Shown one piece after another: positions 49,378-58,588 of a DNA stretch of 64,000 bases. The first letter of the stretch is position 1, and each line of letters begins with the position of its first letter. Where the stretch lies: contig JAGVYD010000014.1 of assembly GCA_018303405.1 (NCBI GenBank), positions 9,350 to 73,349 on the forward strand, in the 5' to 3' direction. A model generated the notes under the pieces. That model was given only the letters and a program-made list of their open reading frames with translations. It did no database searches and was not told the origin of the DNA. Made by a program: the position numbers and the translations under genes. This DNA is from Candidatus Woesearchaeota archaeon. Lineage in GTDB: Archaea; Nanobdellota; Nanobdellia; Woesearchaeales; JABMPP01.

Positions 49378-49488
49378 TTAAAGAGTTTTGATTTCCGCCC
49401 CTCTTGGCATTGCTTCTCCGCACTCAGGGCAATATTCCTCTTCCTCATCCATCAGATAGCCGCACATTGGGCATTCGAGCTCCGCCAT
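49378..49488 (-). CDS. CPxCG zinc-ribbon micro-protein (36 aa, not in ORF track)
   Basis: MAELECPMCGYLMDEEEEYCPECGEAMPRGAEIKTL preceded by SD GGGGTGA. Confidence 0.7.
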   Translation of the reverse strand: MAELECPMCGYLMDEEEEYCPECGEAMPRGAEIKTL

Positions 49489-49727
49489 AATCATCACCCC
49501 GATGTCCGCTAAAAGTTAAGGCAGGGAAATTGATGCAGGACAGGTGCATTGCAGTTTCCTGTTTTCAGTTTCTGCAACCCGATTCCCCCACTTCCATTTC
49601 TCATGCCTTTCTTCTCGCGACTTTTTTGTTTTTTTGATTTTTTATTATTTTTCTATTCAAGGCAGGAGTGGCTACATAGTTTTTATGTATTTAAATCTTA
49701 TCTTTCCGCATATCCTTCTCTGAAGCT

Positions 49728-51659
49728 CTATAATGGCATCCCGATTTCGTGCATCAATTCCACGTATGATGCAGCGCTCCATGCCTGTGCCTTGCATCCC
49801 TGCGGCTTAAGCCTGGAGGCAGAGCTTACTTCTGAATGGTGCCCTAAGAATCCCTGGTATAGTATGTCGCTGGTGCTGGAGTTAAGGATGCCCTGGATTT
49901 CCTTGGAAAATCCCCTCCGGCTCACTTGGTGCATTGAGATTGCTGCCAAGTTGTTGATAAAGTACCATGAATCACCGCGATGGTAGCTTTGGTTGTTTTC
50001 TCCGGTGTAGTCTTGGGTAAACAATGGAGAGCCTTTGTCAATGGTTGCCAGCCCGCCCCAGCCCAGCCATATTCTGTCCAATGCATATGAGAAGACTTTC
50101 CGCCATTGCATGCCGGATAAGAGTTGTGGGTAGATGTAATGCGCAAGGAAGACATTGGGTCTTTGCGTAGCATCCCCGAGGCCATCGCACAATTTTTCCC
50201 CGTCATAAAAGAGCTCCCTTGTGCTTTGCGAGTAAATTTTCTCTGATTTAAGGCAGAAATCATAATTTTCAGTGTCTTTCAGGAGTTTTGAGAGTTTTTT
50301 TGCCACTTCCAGCATTTTCAGGAAAAGGCATTGAATCTCAATCCTCTTGCCTTGCCTTGTGTCCCCTCCATAATCGGTGTCCATCCATGTTTCCAGCGGA
50401 TTATTGTAAATCAGGCCCCTGTCCAGGTATTTCTCCATAATTGATTTCAAAGAAAAATCAAGCTTGTCCTTGAAATACAGAAGGTCCTTTTCAGGCAGGA
50501 TATCATCCAGCAGCTTCCGCTTTTCAAGCGCTTCTATAAGGTCACCCAGCCTCTTGAATGCCCATCCCACAGAATCAGCGCTTGCCAGTTCTGACTTCGG
50601 AAACCTATTGGTGAGGCGGCCATCCTCCCTGAGCTGGCGCAGCAGGCGCTTCAGGATTTTTGCAACAAGCTTATACTGCTCCTGGGCAATCAATGCCCCG
50701 AGTGATATTGCCTCATCCCTGCTCCAAAACTGGAAAAACCATGGCAGGCCTGCAAAAATCCCATCCTCGTGTGGGATTGAAACATACAGTGAATCGATGG
50801 AAGCGGATGCGCAAGCATATGCAACTGCAAATGCCGGGTCTGGCAATGCAAATTTCTGGGCACCCAGTCTTTTTTGGTGGCTTTCAATCTCATCCTGCCA
50901 CTCATGCGCATGCCTTTGCAGTTTATCAGCATTTTCAACAGCTTCCTCCTGAATGTCAGAAAACCCAAATGAGAGGCTTAATGCTTTTTCACAGGCAATT
51001 GAAAATGCCCTGAACACGTACAATTCCTTTGGGGAGGAATTCCTTTCAGCATCATATGGATAATAGTCCTTTTCCCAGGTCTGGAGCAGCCCGACATCCT
51101 TTTCATTGAAATTCCCCTTAATTGCGAGATAAATTGAGTAGGCCTTTTCATTGAGCGTGCTATCCTGGAACTTGGCGTATTCGACGATAATCAGGCCATC
51201 CTGCCTTGAGATGGAATAAATCCTCCCCTGGTCATTAAAATCATAGATTTTCCTGCAGTCAAGGTAAACAGCCAGCTTTCCGGTGAATTCCTTTACATTG
51301 TACTGGAAGGAGTCGCTGTGCGGCATGAAAAAAGTCTCAGAGATATTTCCTGTTTTCCTTTCGGCACTGCCCGGCCTGACAAGAATGGCTTCAGCCGGGA
51401 TGGCGTTGGAAAGCGATGCATCATCCTTGTTGTACAGCTGGATCTTGTCAACTGTCTTGAATAATTGCCAGTCTGCTGCTGGCTCACTGCCTGGCTTTGG
51501 CCTTAATTCACGAAAGAAATGGCAACCTGAAAACCTGCTCGGATTTTGCCCGGCAGATAGGGACAAGTATCCGCCTCTCTTGTTAGTCAGCAGGAATTCT
51601 GCTGATTCCACCTCTTTTTCAGCGTGGTGACCCGCTAAATCATATGATATTTTCACCAT
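49728..51659 (-). CDS. Glycogen debranching enzyme / amylo-alpha-1,6-glucosidase (GH133-like)
   Basis: FLLTNKRGGY, AGLPWF..WSRD, TWMD, QRPN, SYHRGDSW and QAWS. Confidence 0.9.
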   Translation of the reverse strand: MVKISYDLAGHHAEKEVESAEFLLTNKRGGYLSLSAGQNPSRFSGCHFFRELRPKPGSEPAADWQLFKTVDKIQLYNKDDASLSNAIPAEAILVRPGSAERKTGNISETFFMPHSDSFQYNVKEFTGKLAVYLDCRKIYDFNDQGRIYSISRQDGLIIVEYAKFQDSTLNEKAYSIYLAIKGNFNEKDVGLLQTWEKDYYPYDAERNSSPKELYVFRAFSIACEKALSLSFGFSDIQEEAVENADKLQRHAHEWQDEIESHQKRLGAQKFALPDPAFAVAYACASASIDSLYVSIPHEDGIFAGLPWFFQFWSRDEAISLGALIAQEQYKLVAKILKRLLRQLREDGRLTNRFPKSELASADSVGWAFKRLGDLIEALEKRKLLDDILPEKDLLYFKDKLDFSLKSIMEKYLDRGLIYNNPLETWMDTDYGGDTRQGKRIEIQCLFLKMLEVAKKLSKLLKDTENYDFCLKSEKIYSQSTRELFYDGEKLCDGLGDATQRPNVFLAHYIYPQLLSGMQWRKVFSYALDRIWLGWGGLATIDKGSPLFTQDYTGENNQSYHRGDSWYFINNLAAISMHQVSRRGFSKEIQGILNSSTSDILYQGFLGHHSEVSSASRLKPQGCKAQAWSAASYVELMHEIGMPL

Positions 51660-51694
51660 TGAACAAATCTTCCGGCCAAAATTGACTAAATGGC

Positions 51695-52678
51695 CTATTC
51701 CTCTTCGATTTCTGAAGACTCCCCGATATTGATTTTCTTGAATTTGCCAGCAAAGACTGAATTTGCCCCGATTATGGACATGTGCAATTGGGTATTCTCA
51801 ATGCGGGTGTTGGCATTTATTATGCTGTCCCTGAGGATGGAATTCAGTATTGTCACATTGCTTGCAACTGAAACATATGGCCCGACAATTGAATTCTCTA
51901 TTATTGCGTCCTTTTCGATGTGGACTGGCGGGATAATGATTGAATTTTTTGTTTTGGCGCCCATCATGCTCCTTTTGTCCAGGAAATACCGGTTGGTGTC
52001 GAGAAGCGCCTCTGCTGTGCCGCAGTCTTTCCAGACCTGGACTTCAAGGGACTTGAATTTCGCCCCCCTGTCAATCATCATCTGGAAGGCATCCATCAGG
52101 TAGTATTCCCCCTTGTTCATCTTTTTCTCCCTGAGCATCTCATTTATGCACTGGAACATCAGCTTGTAATTTCTGACATAATACAATCCGATGTTGACAA
52201 GGTTTGAGATGGGAGGGTCGGCCTTTTCTGAAATTTTAGTCACATCCCCGCTTGAATCTGTCTTGATTTGGCCAAACCTTCTTGGGTCTTCAACGCTTTT
52301 GACAAAAATCCCGCCGTCTTCCTTGATTTTTTTTAGCTCATCGATTTTAGCGTCGGAAATTGTATCAACGAACCAGATTACGACATCTTCCTTTATGTAC
52401 GGCTCCGCAAGCTTGACGGCAGTTGCCTGGCCGTTCAGCACAGTCTGCTCGATGAATCTTGTCCTGAACTTGTAGTTGGCATTGACGAATTCCTCAATTT
52501 GCTCGCCGAGGTAGCCGGTTATGAAGATTATCTCTGAGATGGACTTGTTGCCTTTTATGCTGTCAAGGATATGCGCAAGGACCGGCTTCCCCGCAACTGT
52601 CACAAGGGGCTTTGCCTTAGTGTAAGTGTGCGGCCTCAATCTTGTGCCCATTCCTGCTACGGGTATGATTACCTGCAT
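51695..52678 (-). CDS. Sugar-phosphate nucleotidyltransferase
   Basis: PVAGMGTRLRPHT..KAKPL, DPRRFG, EK, WKDCG and C-terminal left-handed beta-helix. Confidence 0.92.
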   Translation of the reverse strand: MQVIIPVAGMGTRLRPHTYTKAKPLVTVAGKPVLAHILDSIKGNKSISEIIFITGYLGEQIEEFVNANYKFRTRFIEQTVLNGQATAVKLAEPYIKEDVVIWFVDTISDAKIDELKKIKEDGGIFVKSVEDPRRFGQIKTDSSGDVTKISEKADPPISNLVNIGLYYVRNYKLMFQCINEMLREKKMNKGEYYLMDAFQMMIDRGAKFKSLEVQVWKDCGTAEALLDTNRYFLDKRSMMGAKTKNSIIIPPVHIEKDAIIENSIVGPYVSVASNVTILNSILRDSIINANTRIENTQLHMSIIGANSVFAGKFKKINIGESSEIEEE

Positions 52679-52728
52679 TTTTACGGATAATTCAGAGGTA
52701 TATTTAAAATTAATGCCATTGCGCAGAC

Positions 52729-53685
52729 CTAAATCTCACCCCTAAAGAACTTTGCCGCCTCTTCAGGGGGAACCGTGTTGATGTATGCTTCTGTGCCAAT
52801 TTCAAATCCGGCGAGCCTGGCTATTCGCGGGGTAAATTCAAGGTGAAAGTGAAGATTGCGCCCTGGCGGCGCATTGTGGAGGTAAAAATTGTAAGGATGG
52901 CCCAGTTCCTTTAGTTTTGCGAGCACCTTTTGGAAAATATCGGCAAAATCCTGCAATTCAACATAGTTGAGGTCCTGCATGGACGTCAAGTGCCTTTTCG
53001 GGAAAAGCCATAATTCATAGTTATATCTCGAAGCATAAGGCGTAAATGCTGCAAAATACTTTGTTTCGATGCATTTTCTGTAGCTTCCTTTCTCAATATC
53101 GACAATCCTGCAGTAGGGGCAGTGGCCTTTTTCCTTCTGGAAGGATTCAGCTGCATCTGATTCCTGGCGGATTATTGACGGAACCAGGTTCATGGACAGG
53201 ATTTGGGTATGGGTATGGACAAGGGAGGCGCCGCCCTCCTTGCCGTGATTCTTGAAAAGAACAACATATTTTGCGCTCGGATTTTTTTGCAGCTCCTTCA
53301 TCCTGAGGTTGTAGACTTTGACAACTTCAAGTATCTGCTCTTTGGCCAGGTCGTGGAGATGCTGGCCGTGCTGCGGAGTTTCCACCACGATTTCATGCAT
53401 GCCATAGGGGTTTGAAAACGTGAAAAAATCGTTGTCAGTCCTTATTTCAGGGGTTCCTGCGAGCTCAGTGGCCGGGAACTTGTTCGGGAATACCCTTACC
53501 TGCCATGAATTTGCCTTTTCAAGCCTGTAAATTTCAGGAGGCGTCAAATGCTCATTTCCCGGGCAAAAGAAGCATATTTTTTCACTTTGCGCAGATTCCT
53601 CTGGCTTGAACTCCCTCGGCCGTGCACCCCTGCCGCTGGATATGATTGCCCACCTGTCCAGAAGATAATCCTTCCTTAGCTCCAT
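52729..53685 (-). CDS. galT: Galactose-1-phosphate uridylyltransferase family protein
   Basis: ELRKD, CFFCPGNE, PNKFP, FKNHG..GGASLVHTHTQ and PPEEAA. Confidence 0.92.
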   Translation of the reverse strand: MELRKDYLLDRWAIISSGRGARPREFKPEESAQSEKICFFCPGNEHLTPPEIYRLEKANSWQVRVFPNKFPATELAGTPEIRTDNDFFTFSNPYGMHEIVVETPQHGQHLHDLAKEQILEVVKVYNLRMKELQKNPSAKYVVLFKNHGKEGGASLVHTHTQILSMNLVPSIIRQESDAAESFQKEKGHCPYCRIVDIEKGSYRKCIETKYFAAFTPYASRYNYELWLFPKRHLTSMQDLNYVELQDFADIFQKVLAKLKELGHPYNFYLHNAPPGRNLHFHLEFTPRIARLAGFEIGTEAYINTVPPEEAAKFFRGEI

Positions 53686-53783
53686 TTTCCATCCTTTTTT
53701 GCGTCTTTGCTCCCAACAATCAACCAACAATCAACCGATAAATTGATTATGGGCCCTCATAAAATGAAACTATGCTATTTTCA

Positions 53784-53947
53784 GGCGCTGTAGAAAATCT
53801 CGGCTGGTGCCTCGGTCTTGCCATCGGCTCGCATTCTCTGATTTGGCATGAAGATGCAAATTCCTCTTGCAATCTCCTTTGCATATGCTTCTGTGGCAAT
53901 AAAATGCTCGCATAACTGATGGCAAGACTTACATTTTCTACAGCGCC
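53784..53947 (-). mobile_element. MITE copy A2 (164 bp)
   Basis: Perfect 15-bp TIR ggcgctgtagaaaat/attttctacagcgcc; perfect 9-bp TSD ctattttca at 53775 and 53948. Confidence 0.88.
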
Positions 53948-53964
53948 CTATTTTCAGGCAAAGC

Positions 53965-55758
53965 CTAATGCTTGTCCACTGCCATATTGTGCGCCCGGAT
54001 GTAATTCTCGGCAAAATTTTTCCAGTCCGACGTCGAGCTGATTTTCTTGGCCTCATACTTGTTTGCAATCCTTTCTTCCCGCGTCAGCTGCGTATAGTCA
54101 AGCAGTATCTGCTTGAGGTTTTCAACAACGCTCCCGTCATTCCTGTTCATCCTGTTGACAACATAAATCCCTGGAAACTTTGATGGCTTGCATTCCTTGC
54201 AGATATACCTGCCAAACCCTGCAAGGTCTGTAGTGACTGATGCCACCCCGAGCGCTGCAGCCTCAAGAGGCGTGTAGCCCCAGGGCTCATAGTATGAAGG
54301 GAATATTCCCAGCTGCGAGCCGAGGATGGCCTCATAATAATTGAGGTCCAATAATCCATCAGAGCCTGTGAGATAGGTTGGGTAATACACAACCTTGACT
54401 TTGTCATCCTTTGAATTTGTAAGGCCCTGCTCGGCAAAGCCGTTGAGGATTGAATCATGCGCTTCGTCATAGAGGTCATGTGTTGCTATGGGCGGCTTGC
54501 CGGATTTTTTTAGCTTAAGCCCCTTTTTCTTGAGCTCCTTTGTAAGCTCGGCGCCAAAAACGCTTTCTGCAGTTATCGCAGCGCCTGTTGCCATGGAAAG
54601 AATAAGGCTGTTTTTTATGTCGGGCAATGAGTCTTCAATGGATTCATGGATGTCCATGAAATTTGCCCTGCTCTCCAAAACTTCAGGCTTAATGCCGCGC
54701 ACATTTGCAGGAATCCAGAAAAATGCCACAACTGTCTTGTTGCTTTTCTCTTTCTTCATGATTTGGTTAAGCTGGCCCAGCGCCTTCACAAATACATCAA
54801 TCCCCTTGTCATGGTATTCATACCGGCCGACGATAAAATAGATGTATGTCTTGGCCAGGTTAAATTGGTAGTAGGGGAAGAAATAATAAATCAAAAAAGA
54901 TTTTATCCTGGTTTTCAGCAGCTGGTGCTTGATGGCAATTTCCTCCATGGTTGGAAATTTTTCAAGATGAAGTCCGTTGGGCAGCAGCAGGTCAGGCTCC
55001 TTTCCCAGCAGGTGCTTTGCTTCTATGCCGGTGATTTCACTGACAGTGGTAAAGATATCCGCATTGTGCGCCGCAGCTTTTTCTGTGAGGTGCTTGGCCT
55101 GTATCCCGAATTTTTTTGCTTCACTGTCGCCGTCCAGGGTTCCAAATTTGTTGTAAAGGTCAACATTGTTGGATGCAAGTGTCCTGCCAATCATCGTTGC
55201 ATGGGTTGTAAAAACTGTCGCAACCTTGCTGTTTGCTGCCTTAAGGTAAAGCAGCCCGCCGGCTGACAGCCACTCATGGAACTGCGCCACAACTTTTGCA
55301 TTGGATGATTTTGCAACAGCATCGATCAATTTGCCGGCAGAGTATGACCAGATAGTCGGCTCATCGTAATCATGGAAGTGGGTGCCCAGTGAATCAATTT
55401 GAAATTTGCTCCACAACTCTCCCTTTATGGCATTGCCTTGCGATGAGAATGATGTAAAATCAATCAGGATCGTTGAAGGCCCCCCTCCAATCAGCCATTT
55501 CCCGAAGTGGCATATGATGCCCTCGCGCTTTAACGCATCAAATATATCCCTCAGTTGGTGCGGCGGGACAGTTTCGTGAAATTCCCCTGTTGCCTTGTTT
55601 GGAAAATATGGGCCAATCAGATAATAATTAGCATAAGCGCGCATCATTGATTCAGCTTTGCTGCTGACTACTGTGTAAATCCCGCCGACCTTATTGCAAA
55701 CTTCCCATGAGACTTCGAAAAAAAAGTCTGCTTTTGGCTGTTCGGCTATAATGGTCAC
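53965..55758 (-). CDS. Glycogen synthase, GT3 family
   Basis: FEVSWEVCNKVGGIYTV, FHEW, FTTHAT, GRYE and FPSYYEPWGYTP. Confidence 0.93.
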   Translation of the reverse strand: MTIIAEQPKADFFFEVSWEVCNKVGGIYTVVSSKAESMMRAYANYYLIGPYFPNKATGEFHETVPPHQLRDIFDALKREGIICHFGKWLIGGGPSTILIDFTSFSSQGNAIKGELWSKFQIDSLGTHFHDYDEPTIWSYSAGKLIDAVAKSSNAKVVAQFHEWLSAGGLLYLKAANSKVATVFTTHATMIGRTLASNNVDLYNKFGTLDGDSEAKKFGIQAKHLTEKAAAHNADIFTTVSEITGIEAKHLLGKEPDLLLPNGLHLEKFPTMEEIAIKHQLLKTRIKSFLIYYFFPYYQFNLAKTYIYFIVGRYEYHDKGIDVFVKALGQLNQIMKKEKSNKTVVAFFWIPANVRGIKPEVLESRANFMDIHESIEDSLPDIKNSLILSMATGAAITAESVFGAELTKELKKKGLKLKKSGKPPIATHDLYDEAHDSILNGFAEQGLTNSKDDKVKVVYYPTYLTGSDGLLDLNYYEAILGSQLGIFPSYYEPWGYTPLEAAALGVASVTTDLAGFGRYICKECKPSKFPGIYVVNRMNRNDGSVVENLKQILLDYTQLTREERIANKYEAKKISSTSDWKNFAENYIRAHNMAVDKH

Positions 55759-55963
55759 CTCTTTGATGTCTCTTTTGTAATATTTACATGAATGATGTTA
55801 TTATTTACATTATTAATAATGTTAGTTATGAGAGTGTTTTATGAGGGTATTTTCCTTTGGTATTTATCAGTTTTTATGTATATCTTGACCATATCCCTTA
55901 TATATGCTTTATGCATTGCCAGTATATAAACCTATACCTTCTATTGGCGCAGGACAATGCGCC

Positions 55964-56554
55964 TCACTGCACAAATACTTTATCGTTTGGCCAATTGTCC
56001 CGTATCTTGCCCGAATCAAGGTTGAATTTATTGTAGTTATGCAGCATAGTCAGGCTCTGGGTTAAGGGCAGTGAGATGGATTCCTGTATGGATCCCTTTC
56101 CAAAATGCCTGTCAAGCATTGGAGCAATTTCAGCATTGAAAATCTCAAGTATGTCAGTATCAATCCGCGATTCTACTGTTATGATGAATACCAGCTGGCC
56201 ATTCATTTCACCCAGGTCACTGGAAACCACATGTTTCAGGAATAAAGGTGTTAATTCGCCTGGCTGGTAAAAGGCATCAAGGAATTGCTTGCGCGTAATG
56301 CCATAACGCAGCTTGATCATGTACATCTGCCTTGCGCTGAAAACCTGGGTTCCATCCTTCCAGTTGTTAACATGGGCAAAATAAGTTAGGATGCCTTTTT
56401 GTTCCAGCTCCTTTCGTTTGCGGTTTACAGTAGCAACGGGCAGCTTGGCACGGCTGGCAATCTTATTGTCTGATGATCTGGGATTTCGAATAAGCTCAGA
56501 AAGCATTTTGGTTTCCTTGGCGTCAAAAAGGTGCATGAATGTGCTAAAGTGCAT
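55964..56554 (-). CDS. Lrp/AsnC-like HTH regulator
   Basis: MLSELIRNPRSSDNKIA...TVNRKRKELEQKG N-terminal HTH. Confidence 0.7.
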   Translation of the reverse strand: MHFSTFMHLFDAKETKMLSELIRNPRSSDNKIASRAKLPVATVNRKRKELEQKGILTYFAHVNNWKDGTQVFSARQMYMIKLRYGITRKQFLDAFYQPGELTPLFLKHVVSSDLGEMNGQLVFIITVESRIDTDILEIFNAEIAPMLDRHFGKGSIQESISLPLTQSLTMLHNYNKFNLDSGKIRDNWPNDKVFVQ

Positions 56555-56760
56555 GATATATAAATATGTTATGATTTTGCATAAAATGATATAAATATTC
56601 CAAATATAGAATAAAATATGGTGATTTTTATATAATAATCATTAAAAGTGAGATATAATTTGATAGAAAGTTTTCAGAGAGTACCGGAGCATTGCTTGGC
56701 TGTGAGTTCTATTATTCAGGCTATAGATGAGGGAATATTGCAGATTGGCTAAGTTACATA

Positions 56761-56923
56761 GGCTCTGTCCAGAGACTTGGTTTTGGCATCAAGGTTGTGA
56801 GACTTATCAATTCTCACATAAGGCATTTTTCGGAGTTCCAGAGAGAAAAATGCAATTTCTTCCTGGAGTTGAAGGCGAACAGATGCCAAAACTCGAGCCG
56901 AAGGCGAGATTCTGGACAGCGCC
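56761..56923 (+). mobile_element. MITE copy B2 (163 bp)
   Basis: TIR ggctctgtccaga/tctggacagcgcc; inner gttttggcatc/gatgccaaaac and gcatttttc/gaaaaatgc as in B1; TSD agttacata/atttacata. Confidence 0.82.
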
Positions 56924-57164
56924 ATTTACATAGTAAAATTTATATACTCAGTTAATATTTTTCATATTGGAGAGTGTATATAATAAACATTGGTGGATTG
57001 ACATTAATAACAGTGTTAAACTTTGCTGCATACAAGTTTATTGCACTACGTGAAACGTGAGTTAGTTGGATGCTTAGACAATGGTAGGCAACACACCTTG
57101 CCCAAATTTGACCTTTTTTATAAATTCGCAAAAGAGGCTATTATTAAAAAAGTAAGAGGACCTG

Positions 57165-58424
57165 ATGAAAGTATTAATGTTCGGGTGGGAATTCCCCCCG
57201 ATTAGCAGCGGTGGCTTGGGCACCGCATGTTATGGCCTGACAAAAGGCTTAAGCAACAAAGGGGTGGAAGTCACATTTGTCCTCCCAAAAGGCTATTCTC
57301 CGGATTTTGCCGACCACCTAAACATTGTTTCTGCTGAAGGCATTAGGCTAAAGAATGTCAAATTCAGGCCTATCAAAAGCCCACTTAGGGGGTATATTGA
57401 TTCCGCTGCTTATGATGAAAAAATAAGGAATATGCTTATCAAAGGATGGGGGGGCCATAATGCAACTATTTATGGCAATGACTTGTTTGATGAAGTTGAA
57501 AGGTACGCGGAAAAGGCCAAAATTCTGGCCCAGCATGAAGATTTTGATGTGATTCATGCGCACGACTGGATGACATTCAAGGCAGGCGCTAATGTCAAGA
57601 CAAGTACAGGCAAGCCTTTGGTTGTGCATGTGCATGCCACAGAATTTGACAGGACAGGCGGAAGCCCGAACCAGCATGTGTATGACATTGAAAGGGAAGG
57701 CATGCATGCTGCTGACATGGTTATTGCTGTCAGCAATTTCACTAAAAACAAGATTGTCCAGCATTATGGCGTGCCGGCAGGCAAGGTAAGGGTAGTCCAC
57801 AATGCTGTTGAATTGTCTTCTCAGGCTCATTTTTTTAACGCGGGGTCCGGAAAAAACAACGGGGAAAAGGTAGTGCTTTTCCTCGGCAGGGTCACCCTGC
57901 AAAAAGGTCCGGACTATTTCTTGTATGCAGCAAAGAAGGTTCTGGACCTCGACCCCCGCGTTAAATTTATAATTGCCGGGACGGGTGACATGATGCCCTT
58001 CCTGATCAATAAGGCAGCAGAGATGGGAATCTCAAAGAATGTGCTCTTCACAGGATTTGTGACAGGCACCGATGTTGACCGTGCCTACAGGATGGCCGAC
58101 CTTTATGTCATGCCATCTGTTTCAGAGCCATTTGGCATTACACCGCTGGAAGCAATGAGGAATGGTGTTCCTGTCCTGATTTCCAAGCAAAGCGGTGTAT
58201 CAGAGGTTATATCCAATTGCCTGAAAGCTGATTTCTGGGATGTTAATGACCTCGCAAACAAGATGATGGCAGCATTGAATTACCAGACCATGAATCGCTC
58301 GCTGAGAGAGAATGGAAGCTTTGAAGTGAGAAAATTCTCATGGGAAAATTCAGCAGAGAAATGCATTGCAGTTTACAACGAGGCCAGGCAGGCTTCGATT
58401 GGCAGGGGCAGGGGTGTTGCCTGA
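57165..58424 (+). CDS. GT4 glycosyltransferase (glycogen-associated)
   Basis: MFGWEFPP..SGGLG, HAHDW, QKGP and SEPFGITPLEA. Confidence 0.92.
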   Translation: MKVLMFGWEFPPISSGGLGTACYGLTKGLSNKGVEVTFVLPKGYSPDFADHLNIVSAEGIRLKNVKFRPIKSPLRGYIDSAAYDEKIRNMLIKGWGGHNATIYGNDLFDEVERYAEKAKILAQHEDFDVIHAHDWMTFKAGANVKTSTGKPLVVHVHATEFDRTGGSPNQHVYDIEREGMHAADMVIAVSNFTKNKIVQHYGVPAGKVRVVHNAVELSSQAHFFNAGSGKNNGEKVVLFLGRVTLQKGPDYFLYAAKKVLDLDPRVKFIIAGTGDMMPFLINKAAEMGISKNVLFTGFVTGTDVDRAYRMADLYVMPSVSEPFGITPLEAMRNGVPVLISKQSGVSEVISNCLKADFWDVNDLANKMMAALNYQTMNRSLRENGSFEVRKFSWENSAEKCIAVYNEARQASIGRGRGVA

Positions 58425-58588
58425 TGGTAGATGTCTGCTTTTACTTCCGAAGCAAATCTTTTACAAAAGATTTGATAGAAAAGATGGAGGCTCAAAGCCT
58501 CCAAACGCTAGGTAAAATAAAACAAGAGTGTCGCGGTGACGCCTGTACCAGGTGGATAGCCAAATGGTAGATGTCTGCTTTTACTTCC
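58424..58588 (+). repeat. 25-bp direct repeat of the GH57 gene start flanking a 115-bp hairpin insert
   Basis: atggtagatgtctgcttttacttcc at 58424-58448 and 58564-58588. Confidence 0.92.
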
